Shown here in pieces: positions 60,401 through 64,000 of a DNA stretch of 64,000 bases. The stretch lies in assembly GCA_963822445.1 (NCBI GenBank), contig CAWGHO010000003.1, positions 1,248,001 through 1,312,000 of the forward strand, in the 5' to 3' direction. A model generated the notes under the pieces. It was not told where the DNA came from. It saw only the letters and a program-made list of their open reading frames with translations, and made no database searches. Position 1 is the stretch's first letter, and each line of letters begins with the position of its first letter. The position numbers were made by a program, and so were the translations under genes. This DNA is from an uncultured Acidobacteriota bacterium (GTDB taxonomy: Bacteria; Acidobacteriota; Thermoanaerobaculia; Gp7-AA8).

Positions 60401-63400
60401 GGAACGCGACGGCGGGCAGGCGTTGAAGAGCGCGTCGACGAAGACGTCGATCGCGCCCGGCGGCACGTTGACGCTGAGCGAAAGCGCGCCGTTCGTCGCG
60501 CCGACGTCCTGCGGCTCGGTGCCATCGACGGAAATCCAGACGCGGTAGCCGATGGCCTGTGGGACCGGAGTCCAGCTGATGGTGAGCGGCGAGGTGGCGT
60601 TGGCGCCCGCGCTCGGCGAGATGATCTGCGGCTTGCCGTTGTTGCCGCACGTCGAGGACGGAGCGACGGTGAAGGTGCGGCTGTCGGAGGTGAGCGATTC
60701 GCAACCGTTGCTGCCGTGGGCGACGACGTACCAGGTGGTGACGCCGCTGGCCACGCTCACCGAAAGCGAGTTGCCCGTGGTCGATCCGGCGAGCGTGAGC
60801 ACGCCTTCCGTGCTGACCCAGACGTCGTAGCTCGACGCGGAGTTGACTGTGTTCCACGACAGCGTGACCGGTGAGAAGACGTTGGTCGCGCCGTTCGCGG
60901 GCGAGGTGAGCGTGGGAGCGGAGGCGGGGCACGTCGGCGGCGCGACGTTGATCGTCGTCGAGACCGCGTCGGTGTTGTTCGAGTCGTTCGGGTCTTCGAC
61001 GGCCGAGCTCACGGTAACGGTGTTGGTCACGGTGGTCGCCTGCGCCGGCGCGCGAACGCCGATGAGGATGGTGCTGGACTGGCCGGCGAAGGCGCTGCCG
61101 GTGCAGGTGATCTGCGAGCCGGCCGTCGTGCAATCCCACGGACCGCCGTTGACGCTGAGCACGGTCAGCCCGGCGGGAATGGTGTCGACGATCGACAGAT
61201 CGGTCGCGGCGGCCGGGCCGTTGTTGGTGACGTTGATGGTGTAGGTGAACGTCGAACCGGCGGTGACGCTCGCCGGGGCGGACTTGTTCACGATGAGATC
61301 GGCGGCGGAGACCGGCGGCGGGACGTTGTCGACGGTGACGGTCTTGCTCGCGCTGGCCGTGCAGCCGTTGATGTTGACCGTGACCGACAGCGTGACCGGC
61401 GAGGACGTGCCGGCGCTGAAGGTGATCGACGGGCCGGAAGTCGCGCTGTCGAACGTGCCGTTGTTGATGCTCCAGAAATACGACGCGCCGGCCTGTGGAT
61501 CGATGCTCGCGGCGTGGCCGCCGGTCGACGCGGAGACCGAAGCGGGCGCGGTGATCACTGGCGTCGCCGGGGTGGGCGAGACGCCAACCGTGGCCGAACC
61601 GTTTGCCGTGCATGAACCGGTGGTCACAGTGACGTTGAGTTGCACCGAGGCCAGACCGGTCGGGTTGAAGGTGATGGACGGCGTATTGGTCGCGCCGGTG
61701 ATCGTGCCGTTGGTGATCGACCAGGCGTAGGTCGCGCCGGGCTGCGTGCCGACGGAGGCGGTGTGGCCAGTCGAGCCGCTGCAGATCAGCGCAGGCGCGG
61801 TGATGGTGGCCGTCGGATTCGCGGTGACCGTCACCTGATGCGTGTCGGTCGCGCTGCAGCCGCTGCCGTTGGTGACGGTGACGGTGTAGGTCGTCGTCGT
61901 CGTCGGATTGACGGTGATGCTCTGGGTGGTGAGGTTGCCCGGCTGCCAGAGGTAGGAGGAGAAGCCGGCGCCGGCGTCGAGCGTGACCGCGGCCGTGTCG
62001 CAGGTCGCTGTCGGACCGGTGATGGTCACGGCCGGATTCGGGTTTACGGTGACGGTGACGCTGTTCGATGTCGACGTGCAGCCGCCGGCGTCGGTGACGA
62101 TGACGCTGTAGGCGCCGCTGGCGTTGACGGTGATCGACGAGGTGGTCTCGCCGTTCGGCAGCCACTGGTACGACGCGCCCGCGCTGGCGTTGAGGACGAC
62201 GCTGCCGCCCGCGCAGAAGGTGGTGGGTCCGCTGGCCGTCGCCGTTGCGGGCGCCGGAGTGGTGACGTTGACCGTGTGCGACGTGCTCGACGTGCATCCG
62301 CCGGCGTCGGTCGCGGTGACGGTGTAGGTGGTGGTGGCCGTCGGGGTGACGTTGATCGTCGCGCCGGTGAGATTGCCCGGCTGCCACAGGTAGCTGGTGA
62401 AGCCGGCCGTCGCGTTCAGGGTGACGCTGTTGCCGGCGCAGCTGTTCGCGGGACCGGTGATGGAGACCGGCGCCGCGCTGGTGACGGTGATGCTGTGCGT
62501 CGCCGTTGACGTGCAGCCATTGGCGTCGGTCGCGGTGACGGTGTAGGTCGTCGTCGCGGTCGGGGAGACGTTGACGTTCGCGCCGGTGAGGTTGCCCGGT
62601 TGCCACAGATAGCTGCTGAAGCCGGCCGTCGCGTTCAGGGCGACGTTGTTGCCGCTGCAGCTGTTCGCCGCGCCGGTGACGGCCACCGGAGGCGCGCTGT
62701 TGACGGTGACCGTGACCGGCGTCGCGGTGGACGTGCAGCCATTCCCGTCGGTGACCGTGACGCCGTACGTGCCACTCGTGCTGACGGTGATCGATGACGT
62801 GATCTCGCCGTTCGGCGTCCAGACGAACGAGCTGCCCGCGCTGGCGGTGAGGGTGACGCTGCCGCCGGTGCAGAAGGTGGTCGGGCCGCTCGGGGTGATG
62901 CTCGCCGGTGCGGGAGTGTTGACCGTGACCGTGTGCGAGTCGCCGGACTGACAGCCGTTCCCGTCGGTCACGGTAACGGAGTAGGTCGTCGTGCTCGTCG
63001 GCGATACGGTGATGAACTGCGAGGTTTCGCCGCCGGGCAACCAGGCGTAGGTCACGCCCGGGCCGGCATCGAGGACGACCGAGTTGCCGCTGCAGCTCGA
63101 AGTCGGCCCGGCGATGGTGACCGCGGCCGGCGTGTTGACGGTGACGGTGTGCGTGTCGCTGTTGGAGCAGCCGCTGGCATCGGTCACGACGACGGTGTAC
63201 GTCGTGGTATTCGTCGGCGAGACGTTGATCGTCTGCGAGGTGAAGTTGCCCGGCGTCCAGAAGTAACTGCTGTGCAGGCCGGCGTCGAGAATCACGCTGC
63301 CGCCCGCGCAGACGGCGGTGTTGCCGGTGATGGTGACCGGCGGCGGTACGCAGCTCGTCGCGGCCATGGAGGCGGAGACTTCGGACGTACCGTCGTTCAC

Positions 63401-64000
63401 CGTCGCGCAGGCGCCGTCGGTGAACGAGGTCGCGGTGGCGACGATGCCGTCTCCGGCGATCACGCTGCCGAACGGCACGTTGATCAACTGGTTGGTGAGC
63501 GTGCGGCCGGCGAAGCAGGCCGTGCCGAGGAATTCGTTCGGCTCGCCGGACGCGTCGGCTTTGAACACTTCCACGCGGATGCTGTTCGTGGTCAGCACGG
63601 ACGCGGAGTCGACGCTGAACGTCACGTCCAGATCGCTGGGCGTGATCTCGACCAGCGAGATCACCGGTGCGTTCTGATGGTTGTTCGGTCCGGTGTCCGC
63701 GTCGCCGGCGTCGAGGATCTCGACGACGCCATCGCCGTCATGGTCGATGCCCAGGCCGGTGTTGTTGCGGATGGAATTGCCGAGGATGTGGTTGGCGGTG
63801 CCGAAGTTGAGGGCGATGCCGATGCCGTTGTTGGCGATCGCGTTGCCGAGCGACGGGTCGGTGCTGCCGATCACGTTCGCACCGGAGTTGACGAAGATGC
63901 CCTGCGTATTCGGCGCGGCGACGCCATTCGGCTTCACGCCGATCCAGTTCGCTTCGAAGGTGTGGCTGCCGCCGATGATGTTGATGCCGGCGGCGCCCGG
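57401..64000 (-). CDS. Giant secreted protein, 5'-truncated by the window end (>2199 aa): parallel beta-helix, Ig-like repeats, DUF11-like, six FN3-like domains, BACON-like domain, shared C-terminal module
   Basis: Frame is open to 64000 (PGAAGINIIGGSHTFEANWIGVKPNG...); GNSIRNNTGLGID..GDG....D.GDADTGPN..QN.P motif; ends with DMKTNDPTYVPAQ. Confidence 0.9.
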   Translation of the reverse strand, partial: PGAAGINIIGGSHTFEANWIGVKPNGVAAPNTQGIFVNSGANVIGSTDPSLGNAIANNGIGIALNFGTANHILGNSIRNNTGLGIDHDGDGVVEILDAGDADTGPNNHQNAPVISLVEITPSDLDVTFSVDSASVLTTNSIRVEVFKADASGEPNEFLGTACFAGRTLTNQLINVPFGSVIAGDGIVATATSFTDGACATVNDGTSEVSASMAATSCVPPPVTITGNTAVCAGGSVILDAGLHSSYFWTPGNFTSQTINVSPTNTTTYTVVVTDASGCSNSDTHTVTVNTPAAVTIAGPTSSCSGNSVVLDAGPGVTYAWLPGGETSQFITVSPTSTTTYSVTVTDGNGCQSGDSHTVTVNTPAPASITPSGPTTFCTGGSVTLTASAGSSFVWTPNGEITSSITVSTSGTYGVTVTDGNGCTSTATPVTVTVNSAPPVAVTGAANSCSGNNVALNATAGFSSYLWQPGNLTGANVNVSPTATTTYTVTATDANGCTSTATHSITVTSAAPVSITGPANSCAGNSVTLNATAGFTSYLWQPGNLTGATINVTPTATTTYTVTATDAGGCTSSTSHTVNVTTPAPATATASGPTTFCAGGSVVLNASAGASYQWLPNGETTSSITVNASGAYSVIVTDAGGCTSTSNSVTVTVNPNPAVTITGPTATCDTAAVTLDAGAGFSSYLWQPGNLTTQSITVNPTTTTTYTVTVTNGSGCSATDTHQVTVTANPTATITAPALICSGSTGHTASVGTQPGATYAWSITNGTITGATNTPSITFNPTGLASVQLNVTVTTGSCTANGSATVGVSPTPATPVITAPASVSASTGGHAASIDPQAGASYFWSINNGTFDSATSGPSITFSAGTSSPVTLSVTVNINGCTASASKTVTVDNVPPPVSAADLIVNKSAPASVTAGSTFTYTINVTNNGPAAATDLSIVDTIPAGLTVLSVNGGPWDCTTAGSQITCTGSAFAGQSSTILIGVRAPAQATTVTNTVTVSSAVEDPNDSNNTDAVSTTINVAPPTCPASAPTLTSPANGATNVFSPVTLSWNTVNSASSYDVWVSTEGVLTLAGSTTGNSLSVSVASGVTTWYVVAHGSNGCESLTSDSRTFTVAPSSTCGNNGKPQIISPSAGANATSPLTISWTPVPQAIGYRVWISVDGTEPQDVGATNGALSLSVNVPPGAIDVFVDALFNACPPSRSDGVAFNVPQPDPCANRSAAALVSPANNSQVNSSSVELRWTAPAGTTLPEYRVWASVDGAPPAVIGTTNETSLREVFERGQVVWYVENLYPGCASTESPRFNFTIPARNECGNTKPTLIAPNGNTVANGSVTFTWNGVADAVAYEVWLALGNESATLIGTTAAGVTTFNYSVPPGNLVWHVRALIDRCPARESTPARFTHEPPAACEGNDRPIAISPIGPAPLTSPADFSWSAPEGATRYELYVHRATQPPALVASTTQPQANDIALAAGSYLWFVRAFFDGCSPLDSGEEPVTIVAPPPACAVLVPPVISAPGQISSGIPFLMQWTPVAGASSYQLQVASNEAFDGAEVVSTTATQYEIVRTNNAASAIGLYARVRAIDSRCTPSPAITAYGPVSAIFVLPAQGSEGAAPLAGSEPVTYTINLGAQFAGQSFTAVPTQTWLTVAPASGVVPAGGMNLIVTADTSAVGVGTSLGGITITLNDGLAGRVKSTGTTTVTSPINMSLVTPVSPSPKSTPPPDALIIPAVANADGINSHFQSDVRVSNTSAQLLKYQLTYIPSGDAGITSGRQTTFSIEPGRTVAMDDILKSWFGTGSASSTGTLEVRPLTQTTTNTSSAIVGALANLSTFASSRTFNVTSNGTFGQHIPAIPFANFIGKSANSIAPTVLSLQQIAQSSKYRTNLGLVEGSGQQASLLVKVFGSNGQRLTDFPVVLNGGQHLQLNGVLAQKGVSSLSDGRIEVEVVSGGGKVTAYASVLDNETSDPLLVSPITLGAEGNRKWVVPGVADLNNGTANWQTDLRVFNAGTTEVPATLSFYSQNGGAPKTANVTIPAGQVLNYDKTLSTVFGAANDGGAVHIDTASDARLIATARTYNQTTQGTYGQFISAVTPLEAAGAGTRPLQLLQVEESDRFRSNIGLAEVMGSPVRVEISVVPPDAKFTALLQVDLGPNEFRQIGSLLKTVGLADTFNARVTVRVVEGAGRVAAYASVIDMKTNDPTYVPAQ

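Noticed and set aside
38531-62606. Long alternative-frame ORFs (e.g. 38531-40969, 40979-44164, 51018-54248, 58472-60874 on +; 59613-62606 on -)
   Set aside because: Shadow ORFs of GC-rich repetitive genes; R/G/H-rich with no recognisable motifs.
28210-64000. Diversity-generating retroelement or invertase shufflon acting on the paralogous tails
   Set aside because: No reverse transcriptase or recombinase in the window, and I noticed no adenine-specific TR/VR pair or inverted cassettes.

Overview
GC-rich bacterial window; gene content and domain style suggest Acidobacteriota, probably Thermoanaerobaculia-like (inference). (1) 1-7.7 kb: a clan-CD protease/ECF locus. It comprises an exported caspase-family (C14) protein that runs off the window start and is absent from the ORF track, a small lipoprotein, a hypothetical protein and a TPR-CHAT lipoprotein, all divergent from an ECF sigma factor and a membrane anti-sigma candidate. 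(2) 7.7-28.2 kb: mostly housekeeping genes: DMT transporter, RRM protein, imuA-imuB without dnaE2, M43 protease, rhodanese, zapA-6S RNA-rny-ymdB, AraC, MazG, SLT, TPR-AIM24, CPBP, molybdopterin oxidoreductase, fadI and zwf-opcA-pgl. Several genes at 12.9-20.9 kb carry small frameshifts that look like assembly errors. (3) 28.2-64 kb: a co-oriented array of four large secreted modular proteins (1359, 4361, 3500 and >2199 aa). Their N-terminal cargo differs completely, but all end in the same ~480-aa internally duplicated module (DPTYVP[AS]Q), a candidate lineage-specific export or anchoring signal. A composite heptamer-repeat hairpin element is fused to the stop codons of two of them. No CRISPR array, rRNA, tRNA or transposase was seen.
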